Assembly (NCBI GenBank): GCA_020059045.1
Contig: JAGVCW010000029.1
Span: 39,469-103,468, forward strand
Reading direction: 5' to 3'
DNA: 64,000 nucleotides
Source of the DNA: Minisyncoccota bacterium
GTDB lineage: Bacteria; Patescibacteriota; Minisyncoccia; Phycocordibacterales; Zambryskibacteraceae
Shown piece by piece: positions 9,722 through 19,351 of the stretch; position 1 is the stretch's first letter; every line of letters starts with the position of its first letter. The notes beneath the pieces are model-generated. The model made no database searches. It had not been told where the DNA came from and was given only the letters and a program-made list of their open reading frames with translations. Made by a program: the position numbers and the translations under genes.

Positions 9722-10096
9722 TTATTCTTTCTTCCTGAAGTCAGAAGCTTTCCAGAGTTCATAACTGCTGTGTCCATTGAAGACCAGTAACCAGCCAGCC
9801 CCGATGTCCCATGTTATTTCAACAATATGGAAACCCGAACCGGGTTCTTTTGGCCTTGTCTCGTAGTGGCAATGTACTGGGCGGGTTAAGTTTATACAAA
9901 CAACCGAGTCACCAATAGCAAAGGGACATGTAATTCCTTTCAGCCTGGCGAGCAAAATACCATGGACATACCGTGACTCCAAAGTTGCGAAACGACGCTC
10001 ATCCACATCAATGGAAGATCTTACTATCGAGCGTTCCAGATTGGCGTAATCCCTTAGTAGTATTGTGCTGTCTCTATTAAAGAAAGACTCTGGCAT
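9722..10096 (-). CDS. Hypothetical protein
   Basis: 124-aa ORF with no recognisable motif. Sits in a gap between convergent/divergent genes. Confidence 0.3.
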   Translation of the reverse strand: MPESFFNRDSTILLRDYANLERSIVRSSIDVDERRFATLESRYVHGILLARLKGITCPFAIGDSVVCINLTRPVHCHYETRPKEPGSGFHIVEITWDIGAGWLLVFNGHSSYELWKASDFRKKE

Positions 10097-10157
10097 ATGC
10101 CCCCGGTTAAGGATTCAATCTATGCCTATACTACCCAATTCATGTCAATTATCAATA

Positions 10158-10790
10158 TTAAAACTCCCTCGTTTCACCCTCGATGAAAGGTATGAATGCT
10201 ATTCCTTGAGGGGGGAGAAGCTCTGCTGGTATTCTGTGATCAAGACCGGAGCGCTTAAAGTCGTGTACTGGAAATGCAACTTTTGGTTGCAGCTCGAGAG
10301 CGTAATCTACTGAGTCAGAAATACGGAGCCAAGGTCCTGTTACTGGCAGGGCCAAAATTTCTATCGGTCTTTCCGGATTCGTAAATGAATCTCCGGGATA
10401 CCACAAACGCCCATCAATAAAAAAACCTGTATTTTCTGAAACAGGGATTGCGGTGTGAACCACTGCATGCTTCTCGCCAATTCCTACAAGACTAATTCCG
10501 CCAAGATCTGCCTTGTCCAAATGTTTAATTAAGACATGCTCTATTTTCTCGGCACTTAGAAGTTTGCTCACAGAAGTGTTTGCGTGTATTACCACATTCG
10601 GGTTGTTACTCACCACCTTCTTCAATGATACTAAGTGAAAATGATCTTGATGCTCGTGTGTGAAGAGAACATAATCCAAGTTTTTTATTTTAGAGTGAGT
10701 TTCTACACTATAACTTCCAGGGTCAGTAAGTATCCGCTTGCCCTTGGTCTCTATTAGCAAACAACATTGTCCTAGTTTGGTTATTCTCAT
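10158..10790 (-). CDS. MBL-fold metallo-hydrolase
   Basis: HxHxDH motif (THEHQDHFH) plus downstream His/Asp ligands. Confidence 0.7.
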   Translation of the reverse strand: MRITKLGQCCLLIETKGKRILTDPGSYSVETHSKIKNLDYVLFTHEHQDHFHLVSLKKVVSNNPNVVIHANTSVSKLLSAEKIEHVLIKHLDKADLGGISLVGIGEKHAVVHTAIPVSENTGFFIDGRLWYPGDSFTNPERPIEILALPVTGPWLRISDSVDYALELQPKVAFPVHDFKRSGLDHRIPAELLPPQGIAFIPFIEGETREF

Positions 10791-12016
10791 TATTTTTTTG
10801 AAGAAATTTCTTCAAGTAACTTTCTTGTGAAATCTCCTGTGCTTAATTGTCCAAGATTACCATTGTCACGTGACTCAACTTGTACTTTGTTTGCTTCAAT
10901 CTCCTTATCTCCGATGATAAGAATGTAAGGAACCTTTTCTGTTTTTACATTTCGGATTTTCTTGCCGAGAGTTTCATTGCTTTCATCAAGCTCAACACGG
11001 ATACCAGCTGTTTGTAAGTCACTAAAAATTTTCTTCGCATATTCGAGATGAGCTTCTGCAATTGGAAGTATTTTAGCCTGCACGGGTGAGAGCCAGAGCG
11101 GGAAAGCTCCCGAATATTTCTCTATTAGGAAAGCCATAATACGCTCGATTGCACCAATTGAAGAACGATGAACCACAAAAGCAGAATGTTCCTTACCATC
11201 TTCGCCCATATATTTGAGATCAAATCTATGTGGAGAAGAAAGATCGTATTGAACAGTGAAGGCAGTATCTTCCTTGCCATTGGCATTCCTCATGTTTATG
11301 TCAATCTTTGGGCCGTAAAAAGCTGCATCGTCTGAGGCTTCTTTGAAATCTACCTTGCGCTTCTTCATCGCTTCTCGAAGAAGGTTTTCCGCTTTTTCCC
11401 ATCCAGCATCGTCTTTATAGTATTTTTCTGTATTACTACGATCTCCTAGTGAAAGTACATACCAATAATCTTTGCCAAGTTCAAGATTAAATATGCTGTT
11501 GACATACTCAATAAGATCCAATGCTTTAGCAATTTCGTCCACGGCTTGTTCCTCGTCTTTACATATAATATGGGCATCAGACAGACAAAAAGCACGTACT
11601 CTAAGAAGCCCCATAAGTTCTCCAGACTGCTCGTAGCGATAAAGCTGAGCAAGTTCAGCTATTCGCACGGGAAGATCACGGTAAGAGCGAGGCTTCGATA
11701 GGTAGAGTTCGAAGTGATGAGGACAAGTCATTGGTCTTAGCATAAATTCTTCGTCATCAATCACAATGGGGGCGTACATCTTGTCTTTATACATTGGGTA
11801 ATGACCAGATTTTTTGTACAGATCAAGCTTAGCGATATCAGGTGTACGTACATGCAAATAACCTCGACGTATTTCCTCGTCGATAATAAAACGCTCAAGC
11901 TCTCGTCGAACTGTCGCACCCTTCGGAAGCCAAATAGGAAGTCCCTTTCCTATTGCGTCAGAAAAAGTGAAAAGTTCAAGCTCCCTTCCAATTTTTTTAT
12001 GATCCCTTTCCTCCAT
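10790..12016 (-). CDS. thrS: Threonine--tRNA ligase, catalytic plus anticodon-binding domains only (no N-terminal TGS/editing domains)
   Basis: Class-II core with zinc-site residues (MTCPHHFELY). C-terminal HGPT-like anticodon-binding domain. 408 aa, versus about 640 aa for canonical ThrRS. Confidence 0.85.
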   Translation of the reverse strand: MEERDHKKIGRELELFTFSDAIGKGLPIWLPKGATVRRELERFIIDEEIRRGYLHVRTPDIAKLDLYKKSGHYPMYKDKMYAPIVIDDEEFMLRPMTCPHHFELYLSKPRSYRDLPVRIAELAQLYRYEQSGELMGLLRVRAFCLSDAHIICKDEEQAVDEIAKALDLIEYVNSIFNLELGKDYWYVLSLGDRSNTEKYYKDDAGWEKAENLLREAMKKRKVDFKEASDDAAFYGPKIDINMRNANGKEDTAFTVQYDLSSPHRFDLKYMGEDGKEHSAFVVHRSSIGAIERIMAFLIEKYSGAFPLWLSPVQAKILPIAEAHLEYAKKIFSDLQTAGIRVELDESNETLGKKIRNVKTEKVPYILIIGDKEIEANKVQVESRDNGNLGQLSTGDFTRKLLEEISSKK

Positions 12017-12232
12017 TTTTGTTTAAATTAAAACGCCCTAGTAAATGCACAACAGCAGAGTTGTGAACTTACTAGGACGAATTATCGCGGTTCCACCTAG
12101 TTTCCTTTGCCTATTATTAGGTAAAAGCTCTCTTTTTAAAGAATTAGGCTTTCGCTCCATTTCAGGACTGTGGTTGGTAGCCACAACAATCTTCTTTGTT
12201 CCTTAATAATAAGAAAAAGATCTTTAGATGTC
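12017..12232 (-). promoter_or_regulatory. T-box riboswitch leader (Thr specifier, ACC) upstream of thrS
   Basis: Minus-strand GGUGGAACCGCG (T-box consensus GGUGGUACCGCG) at 12097-12108. Terminator hairpin CCUAGUAAGUUCAC…GUGCAUUUACUAGG plus U-run at 12021-12077 directly before the thrS ATG. Upstream stem GUGG/CCAC with loop CUACCAA displays ACC followed by a purine. Confidence 0.6.
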
Positions 12233-12234
12233 AA

Positions 12235-15200
12235 TCAAAGAACTTTTGCTTTCTCAATTATTATACTTGTCTCGTCGTTTCTCTTGGAGACCTTACCAAC
12301 TAAAGCAATAATTTTATCAGCAACGAAAATATCTTTATGGGTTTCTAGTGTTTTCGGGAACACGACAGCTTCGATGTTTCCAGTAAAGTCTGATATTTTT
12401 ATAAAAAGCATTCTCTGGTTTTGTTTGGTGAGAATTTCACGACAATTTTCTATAAGCCCGGCAATCATAACTTCTTGTCCTTCCTTCGACTCTGTTTTAA
12501 TTTTCGCTATGTTTATATCTCGTTTCTCAATCTTTTCTCTGTGTGCTTCCAGAGGATGGCCGGAAATGTATAGGCCCAAGAGCTCTTTTTCCCAGGCAAG
12601 GAGCTCTATCATTGTGGCGCTCTGCGCGGGTGGTAGTGAAATGCTTACATCAGATGTTCCAAACAAAGAATCCTGGTTGCCACCATCTACAATTCTTGAT
12701 TTGTGATACTCCAGCAGTAAATCAATATTTGAAAGCATTTGACCGCGCTCACCAAACTCGTCTAAGGCACCGCACTTTATAAGCGACTCAAGAGATTTCT
12801 TGTTTAGGTTTCTATCTTTGATTCGATCAAGAAAGTCAGCAAGTGATTTAAATTTTCCTGCAGATTTCCTCTCTTTCACTATTGTGTTTGCTATTCCTTC
12901 GCCAAAATTTTTGATAGTTGTGAGGCCAAATCGAATCGTATCTGGCGCATGTTCTTTACGAGCAACAGAAAATCCTTGGAAGCTTTCATTGACTGAGGGA
13001 GGAAGCACTGGGATGCCCAGACGCTTGCATTCGTTTATTAGGATACCAATCTTTTCAACTTCACCTGAGTCCGCAGTCAAAACTGCAGACATGTAAATTG
13101 CAGGCCAGTTCGCTTTGAGATAGGCGGTTTGGTATGCCACGCGCCCATAACTTGCGGCGTGTGCTTTGTTGAATCCATAAGATTGGAATGGTTCAAAAAG
13201 CTTCCACATCATTTCTGCAAATGCTTTAGTTTGTCCGTTCTTCTTTATCCCCTCAATAAACTTTTCCTTTTGGGCAGCCATTTCTGCTGGGATTTTCTTA
13301 CCGACGGCTTTTCTGAATTTGTCTACCTCAAGCCAGCTATATCCAGCAAGTTCGAGAGCCGAGAAAAGAAGATCATCTTGGTACACGAGAAGACCGTAGG
13401 ATTCCTTCAGGAATTTCTCCATTCGTGGGTCGGGGTACGAAACAAGCTTTGGGTTGTTCTTTCTTTTTATATAATCGGGTATTACCTCCATTGGTCCGGG
13501 ACGGTAAAGAGCAACCATAGCATTTATATCGTGGATAGAAGTCGGCTTGAGGTCGACAAGAAAGCGAGTCATACCCGCACCACTTAATTGGAAAAGACCT
13601 TCTGTGTCACCTCGAGCAAGAAGTTCAAATGTTTTCTTGTCATCGAGAGGTATTGTGTCAATGTCTATAACAAGCTTTTCTATTGTTTCAATTCTATGTA
13701 TTGCGTCAGCTATGATTGCAAGATTTTTGATACCCAGGAAGTCAAATTTGAGAAGGCCTGCATCTTCTATGGCATACATATCATATTGAGTAATGATTTT
13801 GCCTTCACCCTTTGGGTCAAATTGTAGAGGAACGAAGTTTGTGAGGGGCTCCGGTGAAATAACCACGCCTGCCGCGTGTACTGAGATGTGACGAGCACAA
13901 CCTTCAATCTTTTTACCCATGTCGATGATTGCTTTCACGTCCACATCCTTCTCGTAAAGTTCTTTCAACTCAGGCACAAGTGTAAAAGCTCGCTTAATAG
14001 TCATGGGGAAACCCTGTGAGCCAAGGGGAATAAGTTTGGCAACTTTGTCACCTGTAATATATGGATAGCCAAGTGCGCGTGCGACATCACGTACCACACC
14101 TCGAGCAAGCATTGTTCCAAATGTTCCAATTTGGGCTACCATTTCTCTACCATACTTTTGTCTTGCGTACTCGATCATCTCGTCACGGCGGTCGTCAGCA
14201 ATATCAAGGTCAATATCTGGAGCACTAGGTCGCTCAGGATTTAGAAATCTTTCAAACGGGAGTTTGTAGTCTAATGGGTCAACTGTTGTAATAAATGTTA
14301 AAAAGGAAACAATCGAGCCAGCAACGGAGCCTCGAGTGTTTGTCAAAATTTTGTTCTCACGGGCATAACGGATTAGGTCTGCCATTACGAGGAAGTATGG
14401 TGAAAACCCTTTGTTCTTTATCACCTCTAGTTCGTACTCGATTCTTTCTTTAATCTCTTGTGTTTCAATCAAGTTCCTCTTCTCCAAACCTTCGTAGACT
14501 AAACGCCTGAGCTCGCTATCGTACGTTCTACCTTCCGGAATTGTGTAGATGGGAAATACCCATGATCCAAGTTCAAGTTTAAGATTGCAGACATTTACTA
14601 TTTTTTCAACGTTATCAAGAGCCTCGGGCATACTCTTGAAATATTCTCTAGCCACTTTCTGTGATATGAAAGAAAAGTCCTCGTTACCGTCATTCCAATT
14701 GCGGTCTTTGTCACCAATGTTTTGAACAGCTACCAGAGTGTCGCGAGCCTTCTTATCTTCAGGGTCAATGTAGTAGACATCGTGAGCAGCAACTATTTGT
14801 GTACCCGTTTCTTTGGCAAGTGAAACAAGCTTTTCCATTTGTGCTGTGTGGTTATCTATCTCCGGGTGGTGGGTTATCTCAATGTAGAAATCGTCTCCAA
14901 AAACTTTTTTGTACCAACCTATGAGCTCTTTTGCTTTTGCAGTATCAGAGCCCTGCATGGCTTTCGCAATATCGCCAGAAAATGATGGAGAAATGCAGAT
15001 TAGTCCGGCAGAACTAGCTTCAAGTAAGTCTTTGTCTATACGAGGTTTGTAGTAGAAGCCTTCAATATGCGATTTTGTCACTAAATTAATAAGATTCCTA
15101 TAACCAGTAGCATCTTTAGCAAGAAGTACGAGTCTGTAGCGTGAACTATCAACGCCTGCTTGCTTGTCACTCATTTTGCGCAGGGCAAGATACGCATCAA

Positions 15201-15411
15201 TTCCGAGGATGGGCTTCAGACCTTCGTCTAGACACTCTTTATAGAATTCTATGGCTCCGTATAGATTGCCATTGTCAGTGAGAGCGAGAGCCTTCATGCC
15301 GTCCTCCTTGGCAGATTTCACTAGATCGGGGATCTTCGGTAGGGCACTCAGGAGACTGTAGTGGCTGTGGGTATGGAGATGGGTAAAATTCTTCATGGTA
15401 TTTGCGAACAT
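12235..15411 (-). CDS. dnaE: DNA polymerase III alpha subunit
   Basis: PHP domain HLHTHSHYSLL at the N-terminus. Pol III alpha core motifs. C-terminal OB domain. Confidence 0.9.
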   Translation of the reverse strand: MFANTMKNFTHLHTHSHYSLLSALPKIPDLVKSAKEDGMKALALTDNGNLYGAIEFYKECLDEGLKPILGIDAYLALRKMSDKQAGVDSSRYRLVLLAKDATGYRNLINLVTKSHIEGFYYKPRIDKDLLEASSAGLICISPSFSGDIAKAMQGSDTAKAKELIGWYKKVFGDDFYIEITHHPEIDNHTAQMEKLVSLAKETGTQIVAAHDVYYIDPEDKKARDTLVAVQNIGDKDRNWNDGNEDFSFISQKVAREYFKSMPEALDNVEKIVNVCNLKLELGSWVFPIYTIPEGRTYDSELRRLVYEGLEKRNLIETQEIKERIEYELEVIKNKGFSPYFLVMADLIRYARENKILTNTRGSVAGSIVSFLTFITTVDPLDYKLPFERFLNPERPSAPDIDLDIADDRRDEMIEYARQKYGREMVAQIGTFGTMLARGVVRDVARALGYPYITGDKVAKLIPLGSQGFPMTIKRAFTLVPELKELYEKDVDVKAIIDMGKKIEGCARHISVHAAGVVISPEPLTNFVPLQFDPKGEGKIITQYDMYAIEDAGLLKFDFLGIKNLAIIADAIHRIETIEKLVIDIDTIPLDDKKTFELLARGDTEGLFQLSGAGMTRFLVDLKPTSIHDINAMVALYRPGPMEVIPDYIKRKNNPKLVSYPDPRMEKFLKESYGLLVYQDDLLFSALELAGYSWLEVDKFRKAVGKKIPAEMAAQKEKFIEGIKKNGQTKAFAEMMWKLFEPFQSYGFNKAHAASYGRVAYQTAYLKANWPAIYMSAVLTADSGEVEKIGILINECKRLGIPVLPPSVNESFQGFSVARKEHAPDTIRFGLTTIKNFGEGIANTIVKERKSAGKFKSLADFLDRIKDRNLNKKSLESLIKCGALDEFGERGQMLSNIDLLLEYHKSRIVDGGNQDSLFGTSDVSISLPPAQSATMIELLAWEKELLGLYISGHPLEAHREKIEKRDINIAKIKTESKEGQEVMIAGLIENCREILTKQNQRMLFIKISDFTGNIEAVVFPKTLETHKDIFVADKIIALVGKVSKRNDETSIIIEKAKVL

Positions 15412-15487
15412 TATACTATATGAAAATTAGAGGAATTGTAGAAGGATTGTGGTTGGTAGAGTGAAGAATCGGATGTATTATAAGTGT

Positions 15488-16024
15488 ATGAAATATTTTA
15501 GAGTGCGTTTGAAAAGTGGTTTTACGCTCATGGAGCTTATGGTTGCTCTCGGTATAGTGGCGCTACTTGTTGCGATTGTTCTAACTAACTTAACGCAAGC
15601 CAAATCACGGGGAAGGGACTCCCAAGTCCGAGCAGATATTGGAAAGATTAGACTTGCACTTGTAAAAGTTAGAGAGAGTAACCCTCTTTATCACTATCCT
15701 GGAACTGCAGGAGCGTATCAATGCATTAAAACTACGGGAACTTGCTTTAAGGGGCAGTACAGTGCAAATACTACGCTCACTTCGGCCATTAGTTCGTACT
15801 TCCCAGGACAAGCTATACCTAAGCCGCCAGGGACAAATACAAGTGAAAATAGACATGACGCATATGTATTAAATCCCTATCTGCCGGCGGCCACTCCACT
15901 TCCAAATGGTCAATATGGACCGGTGCTTATCTGGTATCAAGAGAAGCCAATTCCAGATTGTAAGGGTTATGTAGCACAGCATGAAACAGGAATATATTAT
16001 TGTTACGAACAGCTTCCGTACTGA
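15488..16024 (+). CDS. Type IV pilin / pseudopilin-like protein (prepilin N-terminal motif)
   Basis: KSGFTLMELMVALGIVALLVAIV prepilin cleavage/methylation motif (G|FTLxE) followed by a hydrophobic helix. Start chosen at the Met nearest the signal; the ORF is open from 15449. Confidence 0.6.
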   Translation: MKYFRVRLKSGFTLMELMVALGIVALLVAIVLTNLTQAKSRGRDSQVRADIGKIRLALVKVRESNPLYHYPGTAGAYQCIKTTGTCFKGQYSANTTLTSAISSYFPGQAIPKPPGTNTSENRHDAYVLNPYLPAATPLPNGQYGPVLIWYQEKPIPDCKGYVAQHETGIYYCYEQLPY

Positions 16025-16626
16025 TGGGAAGAACTAGATTTAAGTTTGTTGTAGGAGTAGATGAAGTAGGAAGGGGGCCGCTTGCAGGTCCTGTGACCGT
16101 TGGGGTGTTGGTACTGCCAATACGCAATATTAAACAATTTATTTCCGTTAAGGATTCAAAAAAATTAAGTTCAGAAAAAAGAGAAGAGATGTATAAGCGT
16201 TTATTGAAGCTTCAAAAAAATGAGGAGCTTAGTTTTGCGGTTGTGTCGAGTAGTAACAATGTAATTGATAGGCGGGGGATAAGCGAGGCTCTCAGAATTG
16301 CTACAGAAAAAGCTCTAAGCAAACTGAAGATTTCTCCAGGGGATAGTCAAATACTTCTAGATGGCCTATTGTATGCACCTCAAAAATTTAGGAACCAAAA
16401 GACAATAATAAAAGGGGACGAAAAGATCCCTGTGATCGCACTTGCCTCTATTGTCGCTAAAGTCACTCGCGACAAGTATATGATTCGACTGGCAAGGAAA
16501 TATCCGAAGTATGGATTTGAAATACACAAAGGGTATGGAACAGCTAGACATCGGGCTGCAATAAGGAAATTTGGGGTAACTCCAATACACCGTAAATCAT
16601 TTTTGAAAAATCTTAGTGATAAATGA
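16024..16626 (+). CDS. rnhB: Ribonuclease HII
   Basis: VGVDEVGRGPLAGPV active-site motif. ATGA overlap with the pilin stop codon. Confidence 0.85.
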   Translation: MGRTRFKFVVGVDEVGRGPLAGPVTVGVLVLPIRNIKQFISVKDSKKLSSEKREEMYKRLLKLQKNEELSFAVVSSSNNVIDRRGISEALRIATEKALSKLKISPGDSQILLDGLLYAPQKFRNQKTIIKGDEKIPVIALASIVAKVTRDKYMIRLARKYPKYGFEIHKGYGTARHRAAIRKFGVTPIHRKSFLKNLSDK

Positions 16627-16747
16627 GGTATGTTGTGAGTTCGTGACAAAACATACTCAAGGGTTTCCTATTCTGTCAGTCGATGAAATAGGCAACATCA
16701 CTTTTTATTGCAATTGCCAAAATATAGAAATTGGCTATACTCTAGGC

Positions 16748-16978
16748 ATGGTTGTAAGAATGCGTCATACACGGTCACATACGGCTAATCGCCGTTCTCA
16801 CCATGCTTTAAAGCAGGGCAATTTTGCCATTTGTGATAATTGCGGTGAGAAGAAAATAAAGCACACGTTGTGTGCAAACTGCGGCAAGTATAAAGGCCGG
16901 GTTATAGTAGATGTGATTGGGTTAAACGCAAAGAAGGAGGCCAGGAAGAAAGAGAAAGCAAAGGAAGGGGCAAAGTAG
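16748..16978 (+). CDS. rpmF: 50S ribosomal protein L32
   Basis: RHTRSHTANRRSHHALK…C..CG…H..C..CG.YKGR zinc-ribbon L32 signature. Lys-rich C-terminal tail. The ORF is open from 16616; start chosen at internal ATG 16748. Confidence 0.75.
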   Translation: MVVRMRHTRSHTANRRSHHALKQGNFAICDNCGEKKIKHTLCANCGKYKGRVIVDVIGLNAKKEARKKEKAKEGAK

Positions 16979-17134
16979 TCACATTTAAAAGTTTGTGTTT
17001 CTAGCTCTTTAATATGGTCCTGTTAGAAGCCGCAATCGCGGGAGAAAACAAAAATAGTAGTAGAATAATGGGGTTGGCTTTTTATCATAATAATTATAAA
17101 AACATTTCGCAGTTCGCGATCTGTTTCTAACGGG

Positions 17135-18034
17135 ATGGCAAATCGTCACTTGGCAAGATCGGTTGTTCTACAGTCACTCTTTGAATGGGACTTTAGCAAA
17201 AAGTCCTCGGATGGTGCTATGGAAATACTTGCACGTGATGCAGAGGAGTTTGCTCCAGGCATGAAAGACACTTCTTTCATGAATGATCTTCTTAAGGGAA
17301 TTCTCGGTAAGCTCAAAGATATTGATGCGATTATTAAGAAGGCAGCACCCGACTGGCCAATTGAGAAAATATCGATAATTGATAGAAATATTCTAAGACT
17401 TGGGCTCTTTGAACTTCTTTTTTCAGATAGAGAGCAGGTCCCACCAAAAGTGGCTATAAATGAAGCAATTGAACTTGCCAAATCTTTTGGTGGAGAGACA
17501 TCTGGTAAGTTTGTAAATGGTGTTCTGGGTGCCGTGTACAAAGAGATGGGTGAACCCGGCAAAGACGCAGTATCTACGCGAAAAAAGAACAATAGAGATA
17601 TCCCAGATAGTGAATTACCGGTAGAAAATTACGGTGGGGCGATAGTATATGCAAGTGAGAAAAATAAAATATTTGTTGCTTTTGTTCATGATGTGTTTGG
17701 GCACTGGACAATATCGAAAGGTCACCTAGAGAGTGGTGAGGATGTAGAAGTGGGAGTAAGACGTGTGATCGAAGATGAACTCGGACTTGTGATAAATCTC
17801 AAAGAAAAGATTGGTGAAAATGCTTATGTGGCCTATGATCCAGATAAAGGGAAAATAAAGAAGCGTGTAACATATTATTTGGCGGATTGTAAGTTTGGTG
17901 AGCTCAAAGCGCCAAAAGGTGGTGGATTAGATGATATAAGATGGTTTGAAGTTGGGGATATTGGAGATCTAAACTTCTATGATGACATCTTGCCATTAGT
18001 GACAAAAGGGGTGACAATGCTGCCCAACAAATAG
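17135..18034 (+). CDS. nusB: NusB antitermination factor fused to a C-terminal NUDIX hydrolase domain
   Basis: N-terminal 140 aa is NusB (RHLARSVVLQSLFEWD…). C-terminal 150 aa carries a Nudix box (GHLESGEDVEVGVRRVIEDELGL, i.e. Gx5Ex7R[EV]xxEExGU). Confidence 0.8.
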   Translation: MANRHLARSVVLQSLFEWDFSKKSSDGAMEILARDAEEFAPGMKDTSFMNDLLKGILGKLKDIDAIIKKAAPDWPIEKISIIDRNILRLGLFELLFSDREQVPPKVAINEAIELAKSFGGETSGKFVNGVLGAVYKEMGEPGKDAVSTRKKNNRDIPDSELPVENYGGAIVYASEKNKIFVAFVHDVFGHWTISKGHLESGEDVEVGVRRVIEDELGLVINLKEKIGENAYVAYDPDKGKIKKRVTYYLADCKFGELKAPKGGGLDDIRWFEVGDIGDLNFYDDILPLVTKGVTMLPNK

Positions 18035-18152
18035 TAGATACGAATATACGAATAAATAAACGTCCTTGCCTGCCGGCAGGCAAGCAGGTACGAATGGATA
18101 AGAACAAGGCAATACAAATTAAGTAAATGCATATTGGTAGATAAAGTATTTT

Positions 18153-18851
18153 ATGAAAATGGATAATTTTGATGAATTCGAAAAAAAGGCAGGCACTAAC
18201 TTCCAGGATAAAAACCTTCTTAAACAGGCTTTTGCTCACCGCTCATATCTAAATGAGAATAAGGACTTTCCATTGGGCCACAATGAACGTCTAGAATTCC
18301 TGGGTGATGCTGTACTTGAACTTGTGATTACTGACTATTTGTATAAAAAGTATCCGGAGAAAACAGAAGGCGAATTAACAAGTCTGCGCTCGGCTCTTGT
18401 GAACTCAACCACCTTATATAACGTGGGTGTGAACTTGTCTGTAAATGATTTTCTACTTCTCTCTCGCGGAGAAGCCAAGGATACGGGAAGGGCAAGGCAA
18501 TACATACTAGCAAACACAATGGAATCGATAATTGGTGCGATATATCTGGATCAAGGTTATGAAAAATCAAAAGATTTCATTTATGCACACATCACTCCTC
18601 TAATAGATAAAGTTATTGAAGATGAAAGTTGGATTGACTCTAAAAGTCTTTTCCAGGAAAAGGCGCAAGGGCATGTAAGTGTGACACCCTCGTATAAAAC
18701 TATTAAAGAAAGTGGTCCAGACCATGATAAGAATTTCACTATTGGTGTTTATCTAAAGGATGAGTTGATAGCAACTGGCGAAGGGAACTCGAAACAAGAT
18801 GCTGAGCAAGAGGCGGCAAGGAGAGCTCTAGAGGAAAAAGGTTGGGAATAA
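18153..18851 (+). CDS. rnc: Ribonuclease III
   Basis: RNase III signature ERLEFLGDAVLELV. C-terminal dsRBD. Confidence 0.9.
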   Translation: MKMDNFDEFEKKAGTNFQDKNLLKQAFAHRSYLNENKDFPLGHNERLEFLGDAVLELVITDYLYKKYPEKTEGELTSLRSALVNSTTLYNVGVNLSVNDFLLLSRGEAKDTGRARQYILANTMESIIGAIYLDQGYEKSKDFIYAHITPLIDKVIEDESWIDSKSLFQEKAQGHVSVTPSYKTIKESGPDHDKNFTIGVYLKDELIATGEGNSKQDAEQEAARRALEEKGWE

Positions 18852-19351
18852 TTTAAGTAGGATAGTGTAAAAAGTAAATAGTAGACACTTCGTATAAATA
18901 CAAAGCGCGGACCCTTGTGGGTGCCGCGCTAGGAGAACCATTAACCAATCCCTGTTTTCTCACACTTCTCGTCGCAGCAACGCCCTAAAACAAACTACTT
19001 TTTCATTCTGTTGGCGAAAGCTTACTACGTCTTCGAAGTGCTAGATTACGGGGCTACGATCCCATGACACACAACTTGAGTGTATGAGAAAGACAGCGTT
19101 TGGAAAATGAGCATTCACCGACGACGGTGTTCAAGAGAAGAATCAAGTTCTCCTCAATGTCTTTTTTGTCGGTGACAGGCTTACGCCCTTTAACGAGATG
19201 CTAGCTCGGTGCGGGCAGACTTCGCCCGGTCAATGTAGTCTTTGTTAATAATACTCATTTTGAGTAATAATGTCAAATCTGATAATAGCTCTTGTTTGTT
19301 AAATGAAAAGCAAATTAAAAACCACACATATGTGTGGTAAGAAGGTTGAAA

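Noticed and set aside
12170-12706. 178-aa plus-strand ORF overlapping the dnaE 3' end and the T-box leader
   Set aside because: Antisense to dnaE and to the thrS leader RNA. The region is better explained by the T-box element.
16616-16747. N-terminal 44-aa extension of the L32 ORF
   Set aside because: L32 homology begins at the internal Met (MVVRMRHTRSH…). The extension is Cys-rich but not L32-like. The shorter start is preferred, though the longer form cannot be excluded.
18852-19351. tmRNA / SRP RNA / RNase P in the rnc-downstream gap
   Set aside because: Looked for the T-arm GGTTCGANTCC, SRP domain-IV GGAA motifs and the RNase P GGAAAG…CAUAG core on both strands and did not find them. 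Left as an unassigned candidate ncRNA region only.
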